Source: Octopus sinensis (Eukaryota). Taken from it: a stretch of 64,000 nucleotides of DNA. The position numbers were made by a program, and so were the translations under genes. The notes beneath the pieces are model-generated. The model saw only the letters and a list, made by a program, of their open reading frames with translations, was not told the origin of the DNA and ran no database searches. The stretch's first letter is position 1. Every line of letters starts with the position of its first letter. Positions 25,763 to 38,998 of this stretch are shown here, piece by piece. The stretch is from assembly GCF_006345805.1 (NCBI RefSeq), contig NC_043000.1, forward strand, positions 48,546,001 to 48,610,000, given 5' to 3'.

Positions 25763-26828
25763 TACATGGATATGTAGAGGAGCAGGCATTAAATTATAAT
25801 TACTGACATAGTCATCATGGATTTTGATCTTTTTGTGTTGCATGCTTAACTCTAAGAGTTGAACATCACTGCTATGGTCCTGGAATTGAAGAAGTCAAAT
25901 AATTTAACTGGAATGTATCCAGGGCAGGCTGCATTTGAAATGTTGTAATTCGTATTTCTTTGCATTCAATATTCAGCCTCTCACACTGAAGTTATTGATC
26001 AGCAGAACTAGTGCCTTAAACGTCAGGGTCGTGCATATTTACTACTGTGGTCATTGTATACTGACTGACGCCGTTACGGCTATTCTTCATTTCACTCCGG
26101 TTAGGAGATTTTCTTTTATATTTCTCAACAGATGGGCGCTTTCTATTCATCGAGTATTGAATAAATGAGCATTAAACTTAATATATATTTTCCCACTGTA
26201 AAACAGACGCTACATTGAATCCATACATAGTCTTTTCAACAAGCATTGTTCACTAGTTTGCTATATTTCTAAAGTTAATTCCACATGTGGTATCAGCTCA
26301 CTGAATTATACGCACACACAAACAAGCATGCATATACGCATGCAATATACAATAGATTTATATTGTCACACTTCAGAAATTAAAATGCAATGTATTTAGT
26401 TTAAGCAAATAAGAATATATTCATCTTGTAACAGCCGGCACAATTAAAATTCTTTTAGCTTATTGTGCTACTAAAAGTCACAAGCTTACTATGAAATATA
26501 TTTTTATAAGGGAATATGAAGTAGTATGTAGGATAATATTTTTGGCAGAAATTTATACGTTTAGTTTTTATACATTTTAATAACATATACTTAGAAGAAA
26601 GAAAGCTGAGATAAATCATTTGGAATCAATATATTTCAATATTTCAAAGCCTCCCCTGTTTTTCAAGCGAAAGGAAACAAACTATGTTATTTATTCGGTC
26701 ATTAAAAGAAATTTTACCAACAAAATTAGCTTCATGAAAGCTACTTGCGTTTTCTCTCTCTCCCTTTCTGTCTCTCACACACACGCACGCACATATATGA
26801 GTGAGTGTGTTGATGTATAGGTAGATAG

Positions 26829-26875
<47 letters not shown>

Positions 26876-26880
26876 GATAT

Positions 26881-26924
<44 letters not shown>

Positions 26925-28123
26925 ACATAAATACGCACATATATACTATAATTTTGCCATAAATTGCAAATCTTAAAGCTGTCACGAATTTGCCAATTAT
27001 ATCTTTAAAAGACACACACTCCGCTTGTTTTATCCGCTTGACAATGAAACATATTCAAGCTAAGACTGTATATTTTCTGTTACACCAAATAATTGAATTA
27101 GGTTTCCTATGCCTGCATGATTTTCAAGCGAATGAAGTCTATTCATATGTCTATAGTTGCATGATTGAGTTATGAATGAAAATTTGCCATTTATTTTCTT
27201 ACTGGAATGTTTGCGTAGAAGTTTTGCTTCGTGTCACAATTTTCTATACATCTCTGAAACCTATACGAAAGACAACTAATAATTTATAAAGGAACTTTTG
27301 ATATTAAGACTGTGGGTGAATTCATATTGTGTTAATGCTCAGGTTACCGTGTTAGAGGAGCATCTAAGAAAAGAAGAAAAGAAATACCCCGGTCCTCTAG
27401 ATTATACTTCCCTGCATTTATTTTGTGAACTGTTAACCGGGTCACTTAGAGGAGTTCGTGAATTCACACCTTCTAATGCTTGTGTGTGTGTGAGAGAGAG
27501 AGAAGGGGGGAGAGGGAGAGAGAGTGTGTTTGTACACACACTGAAATACTTAGATCTATTTGATACTCTTTTAGAAATAAAACACATATAAAAACGACTG
27601 CCTATTCATTTTGGAATTCGGAGCATCTTCTGCATGTTACCGGCTACCACCAATACAATATAAAGCGCTTATCTGTTACTCATTTTCTTCTTAATATCAG
27701 TCTGTCAGTAGCTCATAAAACTATCATTCTTTCTGGGCGGGTAAGATCTACAATACAACACCGTAGTTAACTGTCAGTAGGTGTTTTACTATCGCATTAG
27801 AATTTCTTAATGGCTGGCATAAGTTTCTTATTTATACACGTGTCTATTTACATAAACTTTTGGGTTAAAAATAACGGGGATTTCGATTCATATCAGTTTC
27901 AATTACACAAAGTTTTATAACCTTGTTTTTGAAATAAAGGAGTAAAAGGATATTTCCTTGGCAAAATTATATTTTTTATTATATAGAGAATTCGTTCATT
28001 ATTTTTAGAAATATAATGTAATGTGTATCAGGCATTGTTTACCGTAAAAACAGTAGAAATCATTGATATGCATTGTCTTACATCAAAGCAAAACTGCATA
28101 CCGCTACAACATCTTAAGAAATT

Positions 28124-28243
28124 ATCTTTCATACATAACACGTCGTAAACACCAGTTCCTGTCAGATCACTAAAGTTAAGCAACGTCGATCCTTGTTAGT
28201 ACCTACATGGGCGACCGGTTGGGAAAACTAGATGCTGCAAATA
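28124..28243 (+). pseudogene. 5S rRNA pseudogene (full length, diverged)
   Basis: aaacaccagttcctgtcagatcactaaagttaagcaacgtcgatccttgttagtacctacatgggcgaccggttgggaaaac aligns colinearly, by eye, with animal 5S rRNA including box A and box C; roughly three-quarters identical to a remembered consensus. Confidence 0.85.
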
Positions 28244-28254
28244 TAAACCTCTTA

Positions 28255-28610
28255 TAGGCGCATATGTGGCTGTGTGGTGAGATATTTTGCTCTCCACTTA
28301 AATGGTCCGAGTCAGTCTCACTGAGTGGAACCTTGGGCCTCTTCACTATAACCTTGTGCCGACCAATACTTTGAGTGTGGATCTGGTAAACGGTGGCTGA
28401 AATCAAGCCTACCATATATGTGTGTGTGTATTTGTCTGAGTGTGTGGCTTTTCGTTTGTGTTTGTCCTCCACCAACACTTGATAGCCGGCGTTTGTTAGT
28501 TTACGTCTCCATAACTTAGCAGTAGGGCCTAAAACATGTAATTTCTGTGGCCGATTCATTCAACTAATTCAACTAAAACCCTTCAAGGTGGTGCTCAAGC
28601 TGAATCAAGT
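28255..28610 (+). mobile_element. SINE family C, diverged
   Basis: taggcgcatatgtggctgtgtggt ... accttgggc ... tgagtggatctggtaaacgg ... ttcaaggtggtgctcaagc. Confidence 0.8.
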
Positions 28611-31600
28611 AAAAGATTGCTGAAAATATTAAAGAAAGATAAATCAATAAGATTTTGTCCGGTTAGTCCACCTTTTTAGAGATACAAGTATTAACTACAA
28701 TATATAATAACCAAAGCTTTCGTTATTATGCGGGGTGGTGTTCTCACTACTCTCATAAGTATATATCAGCAATGGTTTTATTTCATTTTATTGTTTAACA
28801 ATTTCCCTATAGTATACTATCTATTACCAGTATGTGTATTTTTGTTTTTTGTATTTAGTTTCTTATGTAGCAACTGAAACAACTTTATCTTTGATTTTAC
28901 AAGCGCATTTATTATACTTAAAACCGACTTTAGACATTTTGCTGTGTCACTAATTTACTATTCTCAAACCTGATATGTAGCTCAGCTTGTTCTAGCTTCC
29001 AGATAAATCTGATTAACATTACTCTGTCATTTATATGAAACCATATATTTCTTTCGTATCTTTGTGTTTATTTCACACACACACACATACACACACATGT
29101 ACACAAACACACACCCGGTTAAGACGTGGCTGAAAAGTTCTTACCTAAGAAGAAATATAATCGCATTTTTTAAAGTTCTTATGGTAAGTCTTTACGTTCT
29201 GATACTATGTATATTTGTATTAATTTCTTAAAGTTGAACTTCTTTCCGTGCATCCATCCATCCATCCATCCATACATACATACATACATACATACAGTCA
29301 GACAGACAGACACCCACGCACACATATATGCGTTTATTGTTTTCATAGATTTTTTGTTTCATTTGAAATTATGTATTGGTATCAGATCTGAAATACGTTG
29401 ATCATCTATAAATCAATAAAATACACTTACACATCACAGATAACATTAATTATATTACCAATCCTGTTGCATTGTAATGGAATAGATATCTGAATACGGT
29501 ACTTCTATTTTGAGGACAATGACACTTGTTAAGTCCCCTAAAGTTGTTCCTTCAACTGTAGTAAATTAATCAGAGTTGTTCTTGTACAAGAATATGAAAA
29601 AGTCTATACAAACAGGAAATGTCAATCAACTTATCCAGTTAACATTTCTGGAGCCTGGAACAAAGTCTCTGTAGTCGTACGGCCTATATACAAATATCAG
29701 TCAAATCACATTGATAACCCTACTCGACTGCTTTTTTAAAAGAAGACGCATTAGATAATGATTATTCTAGATATATTTTATCTACAAAGATGTGGTTTTC
29801 ATAAATGGAATACTCTTGATCATTGGTCTGTCGATTAATGAATAACTTTAAATTTATTTGATAGAATTATTTAGTTTTTACTAGGTCACCAAACAAAGTG
29901 TCAATTCGTTCAATGTAACACGTGAATTTTCATGGCTTTGCTGAAGTTTACACATACAAATCGTATAAACTTCGAAAGCAATATCCCCATAAACACGAGA
30001 AAGAGAGAAAGAGAGAGAGAGGGGGAGAGAGAGAAACATCCATAACGTTAACCTACAAATTGTTTTCAATTTATAAAATGCATACAGAAAGTGTGATTGA
30101 CATGAAATTATTATTAACAAGTACACACCAGCCACTGGCACACTAATGTTCTGGTCTCTTTACTGTATTTTATTTTATAACCACTACTAGCAATTGCCAG
30201 CACCGTGAACAGTGAACTTTTGTTCTTTATATTTAATACAGTTATCAATTTGCAACAGTTCAATTGGAACAGCGAGCGCTTCAATCTCACTGATCCTGGA
30301 GTATATCGAAGGTCAGGAGCACAGATCCTCCTTCTAGAACAAACTCAGAAAACAGTATTCCTAGTGAATACGAGAAATCCAACAATCCCACGATATCATT
30401 TTATATCATTTTATATCATTTACATCATTCCGTATTGGAATCTCGTACTATTACTATTCGCTTTGTAACTTTTGCTGAAGGATGTTAATTTTATATATAA
30501 GAAGGCGAATAATCTATTGATTAAAGTTTTATTGCCGACATTTGTGATAGGGAATATAAAATGCATTGGAATCATGAGTAACATTACTTAGTAATATATA
30601 ACCTAAGGTATTTCATGATATCGGGAATAGAATCTAAATTTTTCAGTTTGAGTCAGATTCGTATGTGGCTAGATAACAGAATATAAAATCGTTTGCTTTA
30701 AGAGATTCTTCGGCACTCCAAGTGAAGGTATCAATTCTGTCTCTTGTAAAATATATGATATGTTTACATACAAGTTGGTTCCGAGTTCTGAAAACCAAAA
30801 GTTCATATTCTTATAACAGAATTTTATCTGTGTTTGATTTTACTCCGAAATGTTTCGAACTATAAAACGTTAATGCTAAGAGCAAGTTTTAAGCAACACT
30901 AGCTCATAAATATTGATGACTGATTTGTTATATTTCAGTACTAAATACAGCGGTTAGTGAGAAAGAGGAGGAAAGAGAGATAGAAGAGCAAGCAGACATT
31001 CAGGGAGTTAAGATCCTCAAAATAACATATACTATATATAAAACACGATCAACAGAGTCTTAATTGATGTCTGTATTATCAGAACTGCGTGAACATTTCC
31101 CCACAGTCTCTGCAGTATTTATCCTATGAAACCAATGACCGTTTATCAAACAGAATAATCACTGCTATTACTGCAAATCTACCGCTACTCTTATACTTGC
31201 TATTACAAATAATGATTATAAAATTCAGAGGAAACTAATTATCTGCTTAAGATCGATTAAAGTATCAAAAATCAGTATTCTGTAACGTAAATCTTCTATG
31301 CAATAAATCCAATTTATTAGAAGCAAGGGATCCAGCTGTTGCTAGAATCAAATTAATTTAACCACTAAAGATTGTGTAAAGTGAATACTTTGCTAACTCT
31401 AGCGTTTCATCATAAATTAGACAAAGACAAGTAATGCTCTAAGTGTACATAGAACCACGGCTGTATCTATAAAACAAGATAAAAATAACATTTCAAAACG
31501 CTCAGATATATTCTAGTTCAACGTTAGATATTTTACAACAAATAAAGAATTTCTGTCACAGAGATATAATTAGATTGATAGTAGTAATCTCATTTTGTTT

Positions 31601-31718
31601 ATATATATTTTTTTATTTTGTGTCTATTATCTCTTTAATGTGTATGGTCTGTGCAAAAACATTACACGAACCGTGTAATCCATGAAACCGAAATTGGTTC
31701 AGAAAAAATGATGAAAAG

Positions 31719-31760
<42 letters not shown>

Positions 31761-32617
31761 ACATATACGTATATATCACCCACAACAGACAGGCTGATAT
31801 TCTTTGATCAATCAGTCCATAAAATTAAAGTATACACTGGGAAATGTATGCTACTTGAAACCTAACGTCACATAAAATTTTCATGCTGTTTATTCCGGAC
31901 AACTTTGTATGTTTATGTAGTCTGGTAAATTGAAATTTCGCGTTATATAGTTCTATTAATTTCTTGCATCATAAAATGTTCCACATTGGTACTTTGACAT
32001 GTGGCTGAATTCTACAAAAATATAAAAAAAGACACACACCCAGACAAAAAAAAAAACAAAAAAAAAACAGATGATGGTATTGCCATTGCGTTAAATCTTT
32101 TCTAAATTGTTTAACGTTATTGACAGTAACAGTTTTATCGAAATTTCAAAAGCATCAGTCGGTGTTGTGGCTATTACAATGGTGGTCACCTTATGTCACG
32201 TTTCAGATAATGGTTCTTACAACATTTGTAATATTATAATTTACTGGTCCAAATAATTTCATTCATCGTTTAAGTTTTATAACCTCAAACTCATCGGTCA
32301 CCACCGAAATACAAAATAAATTCGCTGACAATCGAAACAAATGGAAATTTCTTTCTTTTTTGCTTTTTTATTACTTCTTCACATTGCATTGGAGATTGAT
32401 CTGATTGTATTTTTGACGGCATTATTAGATATATTCAATAAATGAATAAACAAACACAACCTTCTGGGTGATGTAGGCAGATATTACAGATTTGTTCTAT
32501 GACTAGCCCGCTGATTAATCGATAGATTACATACTGATATGATAGTCTCAGAAGCTTACACACATTATAGATCACTACATCGATTCGTTGATTCGCGTTT
32601 CTCTCTCTCTCTTTCTT

Positions 32618-32655
<38 letters not shown>

Positions 32656-33212
32656 TTTTATATTTTACTTTATCAATTCATCATCAAATCGTAAAGAGAT
32701 TCTGTAATGTTAATTTTTTTTTCTTATCACATTATTTCCACGTGAGCACATTTCGTTTTCTTTGTTATATTGCACTCACTTGATAGCGATTTAAGTTATT
32801 TGCTTTCGTTTTACAGACAGAAGAATGTTTAAATATTTACAATTCTGAAATGAGGTTGTGCTACTGCATTTGACTTTTTTACGGAGGATAATCGTTTGAG
32901 TATAATTTAAAGATAAACGATACATGTTCGACAAACCATATTCATTCGTAAACATTTTCATAAAAACGCTCACAGACACACACACAGAAGTAATTGCAGA
33001 CATTAACACTTAAATGATATTTTGTACATATGGTGTTCAGGATTCATTCCAGATTGGCCAAACTATTGAAAAATGCAATTTGCAGTTCTTTTATCTACAA
33101 AGAAGAGAGGAAAGTGTTTATTGGCAGATATATGTAATCTCAAAAGATAGGCAATCAACTCGAATAATCGCATTAATCTAAATATACAACGAACATATAC
33201 GCACATACACTC

Positions 33213-33260
<48 letters not shown>

Positions 33261-34049
33261 TTACGTACGTTTGTATAAATGTATAATGTGTATGTATTTA
33301 TGTATATATAACTGTATATGTGTATATTTACGTGTAAGTATGTGCGCGCTTGCGTGTGCATTTGTTAGAACGACGAATAATGTAGTATTCGCATTGAGAC
33401 GTCCTCTCATAAATAATCAGTGATTCAAAGCACAAACATATATCGTAACAGATGATAATCATTTGGCATGAACGTCGGAACGGACCGACCACGTGATTTC
33501 AGCACACTACGCTTCTTCAGTGGCAGGTGTCCTCTGTCCAGTCACCACATACTAGCGATATCCCGCTGCCAAATATACATAAAATAACAGTGTCTTTTCA
33601 GCCAATGATATAACAAATAGCTAGCAAGCTTAATAACAATTAATATTAGCGACAAAAACAGTATTGATACAAAAAGGCAATCTTTGTGTCCAACTGTGTG
33701 TTATATCATTTTATATAAAGCTGAATACAGACCTTCTTGAATCTCAAAGCAAAATCTTTATTCATCTTGTAATTTGAGATCAAGTAATGCCTGCAGATTG
33801 CTTTCGCTAGCTATGATATTTATGCTAATTTTATCCTAATATTTGATTCTATTACCTACCTACCTAACTGACTAAATATATATATATATGATGTATGTAT
33901 ATATATATTGTCAAGCGGTGTGGGAAGACAAACATATGTACAAAGACACTCACGAATATCTATATATCTATATAAATAGATAGACAGACAGAGAGATAGA
34001 TAGATAGATAGATAGATAGATATCCTTGGGTTTCTTTGTAAATATGCTT

Positions 34050-34248
34050 GTCTTTCCCCACCGCTTGACAACCGGCTTTGGTTTCTTTACATCCCTGCAA
34101 GCTGGCGGTTCGGCAAAAGAGACCGCCAAACTAAGTACTTAGTTTACCAAAAGTAAGTACCAGGGTCGGTTTGTTCGACTAAACACTTCAAGGCGGTACC
34201 CCAGCATGGCCGTAACCCATTGACCAAAACGGGCGAAAGATAAAAGAT
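34050..34248 (+). mobile_element. SINE family C 3' half
   Basis: ccgcttgacaaccg ... gcggttcggcaaaagagaccg ... aaggcggtaccccagcatggccg. Confidence 0.8.
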
Positions 34249-34280
34249 GTATGTATGTGTATATATATATATATATATAT

Positions 34281-34554
34281 ATCACGTGATCTCGTGACAG
34301 ACCAGACCATCAGATGTTGCTACACATCGCTGGTCACAATGCGTTCGCATTGTTTTGGCCTTTGAACGACGCCACCCCGCTGGCTAAGCGAGCAGGCCAA
34401 CAGAAGAAAGTGGGATCACCACCCCCCTGCCGGAGCCTCGTGGAGCTTTTTAGGTATTTTCGCTCAATAAACACACACAACGCCTGGTCTGGGAATCGAA
34501 ACTGCGATCCTCCGACCGCGAGTCCGCTGCCCTAACCACTGGGCCATTGCGCCT

Positions 34555-34555
<1 letters not shown>
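34281..34555 (-). mobile_element. SINE family A head with tail type 2
   Basis: Same head as 939-1320 up to ggtggtgatccc, then an unrelated 3' part ending ctgatggtctggtctgtcacgagatcacgtgat. Confidence 0.88.
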
Positions 34556-34635
<80 letters not shown>

Positions 34636-34730
34636 GTGTATCTATCTATCTATATATATATATATATATATATGCATATATATGTATCTATCTATCTATC
34701 TATATATATATATATATGCATATATATGTA

Positions 34731-34776
<46 letters not shown>

Positions 34777-34926
34777 TATATATGTATCTATCTATCTATC
34801 TATCTATATATATATATATATATGCATATATATGTGTCTATCTATCTATATATATATATACATGCATATATATGTATGTATCTATCTATATATATATATA
34901 TATATGCATATATATGTATCTATCTA

Positions 34927-35025
<99 letters not shown>

Positions 35026-35045
35026 GCATATATATATATATGCGT
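34556..35045. repeat. Minisatellite built from (TA)n-GCATATATATG-(TATC)n units
   Basis: Direct inspection; gcatatatatgtatct recurs with variable TA length. Confidence 0.95.
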
Positions 35046-35619
35046 GTATTAGGAATTAGTGTCTTAACGTCTCTGTTAATTAGCGATTCGGCAAAAGCGA
35101 CCGATAAAATAAGTGCAAGGCTTCATAAGATGATAGTAAATTTGACTAAAATTCCTGAAGGGGTGCCCCTGCATAGCTGCAGTCTAATCACTGAAACAAG
35201 TAAAAAAATAAAAAAACAAAATTTAATGTTAGAATATAGCCATAGAAATATTTGTATATATTTGTATGTAACTTTTCACATTAATATAACAAAGAATTTG
35301 GATGACAAAAAGTGCTGTGGCTTCCACAAAATGTCTTGTGAAATTCTTTACTGTTTTCTACCTTTAGAGTTCATATCCTGCTGAGGACAACGTCCGGGGT
35401 CTATAAAGTAAAGGCATCAGGAAAGTACGGAGTTCGATGGGAGCGATGAACTTTCCAATCCTCAAAATTACTGTCCAGAAAGCAGTAATATAGTTGAAAC
35501 CTAGATGAGGTTAATCCTAATCAAGCAATACTACCTTCTGAGAGATTTGTCTGATATTTTTGCGCTAATTTTTGTACAACACCACATACTTAAGTCGTAA
35601 ATATTGATACTATGGTTTA

Positions 35620-35888
35620 TCTCCTTCTCTGTCTCATCTGTCTGTCTGTCTTTCTGTCTCTGTCTGCCTGTCTGTCTTTCTCTCTCTCTATACATATATG
35701 TGCGAGTGTATGAGAGGGAGAGAGATCATGTCTCTGTGTGTGTGTTTGTGTGTGTTTGTGTGTGTGTATGTGTGTATTGAGTGGTGTTTGTATGTGTTTA
35801 TTCTTCTGATGAGATAGAATCATCCTTCGTGCCCACACAGATAGATAGATAAATAGATTGATAGATAGATAAATAGATAGATAAATAG

Positions 35889-35931
<43 letters not shown>

Positions 35932-35935
35932 TAGA
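35620..35935. repeat. Compound (TCTG)n/(TG)n/(GATA)n/(GA)n microsatellites
   Basis: Direct inspection. Confidence 0.9.
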
Positions 35936-36678
35936 TTAATTGATTTTGCATTAATTATCAGTAATTTTCAGGCGATGTTTTCCTTACTGAATCGAGTCCA
36001 AAGAGACCTCGATTAATGGCCGAATGTATTCAAGTGATCAATTGAATTCCCCACGTCATATTTACGTTTCGATATCTGATGTGAAATATAAAGTCGTAAT
36101 GGGTGTGTGTATTACAAATGAGCCCCCTTTATAATTTTTCTAACTTTTACAACGTCCTTAAGGATTTTATTACAATATTTATGTCATATGTCGTACTTTC
36201 ATTTGTTCTAGTCTCACCAGTTGTAATTGTAATAGATATATTATTAGTACCTATTGATTTTTCTGTTCCAGATCAGCCCTATTCGCGGTAGAATTCTGAT
36301 TCAAGACATTCCAGCTTTCATAATTAGGCGTTTTATTATTAGAGCAGAATATTTAGAAGACATTACCTAATGTTTCCTTTCCGTTTTATTCACGGTAGAC
36401 TGTGATATGGGAAATATTTGGTTATTGATTATTGTAGATTGCGTGACTATCTAGATTCTTTTACATTGGCACACCTTGTTGTCTTATATCTTATACATTC
36501 ATCACGGTTAAAACATTTAACAGAGCGGTCATTAGGAGCTCTTGCAGTACAGAGCAAAAAAATATCTGTACCGACTATAACAAACTTCATTCTTTTAGAT
36601 TTCTTGATTTAACTAAATTAATACATTATCTACATTATTTAAATTCGACGGATATTTGTCCTCATCTTGTTTGTTGTT

Positions 36679-36726
36679 AACACAACGTTTCAGCTGATAT
36701 AACTTCCAGCATTCATCAGGTGTCTT
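36679..36726 (-). ncRNA. Type I hammerhead motif, inverted arm copy
   Basis: Reverse complement gacac-CTGATGA-A-tGCTG gaagttatat CAGCt-GAAACGT-T-gtgtt; stem II base mismatched. Confidence 0.55.
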
Positions 36727-36828
36727 GGGGGAAATTTCAAAACTGGGTTCTCATTCGTAAGATATTTTTCGATGTTATTATTATTATTATTTAGGTCACT
36801 GACTGAAATTCACTCCTTAATTGTACAC

Positions 36829-36901
36829 GGTCATATGGCGTAGTGGTTAAGAGCGCGGGCTACTCACCCCAAGATTTCGAGTTCGATTCCAGGCATTGGC
36901 C
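36829..36901 (+). ncRNA. tRNA-like Pol III head (tRNA-Ser-like, not a functional tRNA)
   Basis: GGTCA...TGGCC acceptor-like stem, A-box TGGCGTAGTGG (36836), GGG-CTACTCA-CCC anticodon-like arm, B-box GAGTTCGATTCC (36879). Confidence 0.75.
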
Positions 36902-36905
36902 TGAA

Positions 36906-36938
<33 letters not shown>

Positions 36939-36940
36939 TA

Positions 36941-36971
<31 letters not shown>

Positions 36972-37020
36972 CAACATCGAAAAATACCTTAGAATGAGAA
37001 CCCAGGTTCGAAGTTTCTCC

Positions 37021-37069
37021 AAGACACCTGATGAAGGCTGGAGGGTATATCAGCCGAAATGTTGTGTTA
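37021..37069 (+). ncRNA. Type I hammerhead ribozyme motif
   Basis: gacac-CTGATGA-A-GGCTG gagggtatat CAGCC-GAAA-TG-T-T-gtgtt; 5-bp stems I and II, canonical core. Confidence 0.7.
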
Positions 37070-38712
37070 GCAATGAAAAAGATGAGGACAAATATCCGTC
37101 AAATGTAAATAATGTAAATAACGTACATAATTTCCCATCTCTTAACTGTAGAACTGAACTAAATTAATGTTTTTTATTTAGAGAAAATCACCTATTAATT
37201 CGAATTAACTTAATATTGAATATTTCAAAATATGTTTCTTGTATGTGATATTTGTTTGAATGCTTCTCTTATTAACTGGCCCTAAATGCTCAGTTAGCAA
37301 GGATAACTGCATACAGGATATATTATGATGATTTTGACTTCAATAAATCCACATTAAAATACAAATAGAAATGTCAGGCTAGCTACCGGTTAACGCCAGT
37401 GCTATGGTGACAATTGGTTTTCTCAGTGCAATGTCAATTTATATAATAATAGTTTTGGTACGACTCAAAAGCGTTTTGCCTAATTGTTCGTTATGTTTTT
37501 ATATTAAAACGCTTCGTTGATTAGCTTGAGTAAATCTTTTCAGCGATTTGATACAAAATATTGATTTTATTTGCCTCTCGAATTTTACATTTTGTTTTGT
37601 TTTTTCAAAAGGTATAAATTTCTATAGAAACTTCTTTACAAAGTCGGTGATAGTGATACGAATATCTGTTTATGAATTCGATACATTATTTTTGCCATTC
37701 TATTCCCAAAAGACTCTTTTCAAAACATCTTGTTTTCTATTTCGACAACGTGTAGATATGTTTTATAATATTATTGTTCATATAATCTTTTATATATCTA
37801 TAATTTTTTTTATATTCTTGAAAATATTTGAAAATATTTCTGATAGTTTGTTTTTAACAGTCATTAAATTTCTAAAATTAGTAATCCTATTAGTTATTCA
37901 TGCTGGAATATTATTAGCCGAGTGGGTAATGTTAGAAGTATATCGATTGAAAGTGAAGGCGAGGAAATGACAGGGAACTGTTGGACAAAGATCAAAGATA
38001 TGCCTTACATTATTGAATTTTATTCCCCCTACTTTCTGAGTTCAAATCTGTTCTTGTTCGGTTTATCATTGCTTCGTCCTCTTTGCAATATAATGTCGAT
38101 GAGAGATAATTGACAAGTTCCATGAAAGCTCTATGTGCCTGTCATTGACACGTTACAGGAAAATATAATTATTTCCCGTTGTATTCCTTCTGGTGGTTTT
38201 CAACAAGACACCATTATAAACAATACTGAGAAAAAGAAAACGGAGGAAAGGGGAATCGAGCCTAGCACGGGAGCTTTACTTAGTGATTCCGAAACGATGG
38301 AAGGTAGCACTGACCTTGGCAGAATTCGAACCCAGGGAGTAGAGAGACTTTCTAAACAACGCTCTATTAACTCAGTAATCCACCATCTTTTCTTTCTTCC
38401 AATGACATAAAATAAACGTCAGTCATTTCATTGTGCCGATTTTCTCCAAATTTTGATAAGGTGATTATATAAGAAACCTTTGTGGTTGAGATAGTTTAGA
38501 TGTCATTTTAATAAAGTCGCACATTCCAGCCCCCCCCCCCCACCAAGTAAAAACGGAAAATCCTCGTAAATAAAACACGATAAGAAATAAATTTAGAAAC
38601 AAATCAATGTCTGATATAGAAATACTCAAAAACCTAAGCAATAAGCACGATGTAAAACTTCTGAAGAAGAGAAAGATGACGTGTAAATTATAAGAAAAGA
38701 CCCAACTCTGAT

Positions 38713-38998
38713 ATATATCGACAGGAGGAGGGTTTAACTATGGGTTCGCCATTATCACCGGTAATAGCCAATATATACATGGAATACTTTGAGAATTTAG
38801 CTTTAGGATCAACACAACTAAAACCTACACTATGGCTACGGTATGTTAATGACACCTTTATACTCTGGCCCCACCAGGAAGATGTCCAAGTGCTGTTAGA
38901 TCATGTGAAATCATGTTAGATCATGTAAAGCCATCCATACAGTTCACAATGGAAAAGGAAACAGACAATCAGCTGGCATTCCTGGATATATTAATAAC
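38713..38998 (+). mobile_element. Penelope-like reverse transcriptase fragment
   Basis: IYRQEEGLTMGSPLSPVIANIYMEYFE...WLRYVNDTF...KPSIQFTMEKETDNQLAFLDILIT; YVDD changed to YVND; 13-bp duplication tgttagatcatgt breaks the ORF. Confidence 0.92.

Larger units (their letters stand above)
36623..37156. mobile_element. Non-autonomous fold-back retroelement: tRNA-like head + (TAA)n + hammerhead tail, with an inverted 5' copy and a 12-bp TSD
   Basis: Left arm 36623-36810 is the reverse complement of about 36886-37124; aactaaattaat is duplicated at 36611-36622 and 37157-37168. Confidence 0.85.

Noticed and set aside
27298-31230. Protein-like short frames at 27343, 29571, 30241, 30939 and 31083
   Set aside because: No recognisable domain and ambiguous strand or phase; only RNA-seq could promote them.
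36829-36901. Possible functional tRNA gene
   Set aside because: Acceptor and T stems are imperfect, there is no T-rich terminator, and it is embedded in a TSD-flanked element; treated as a SINE-like head.
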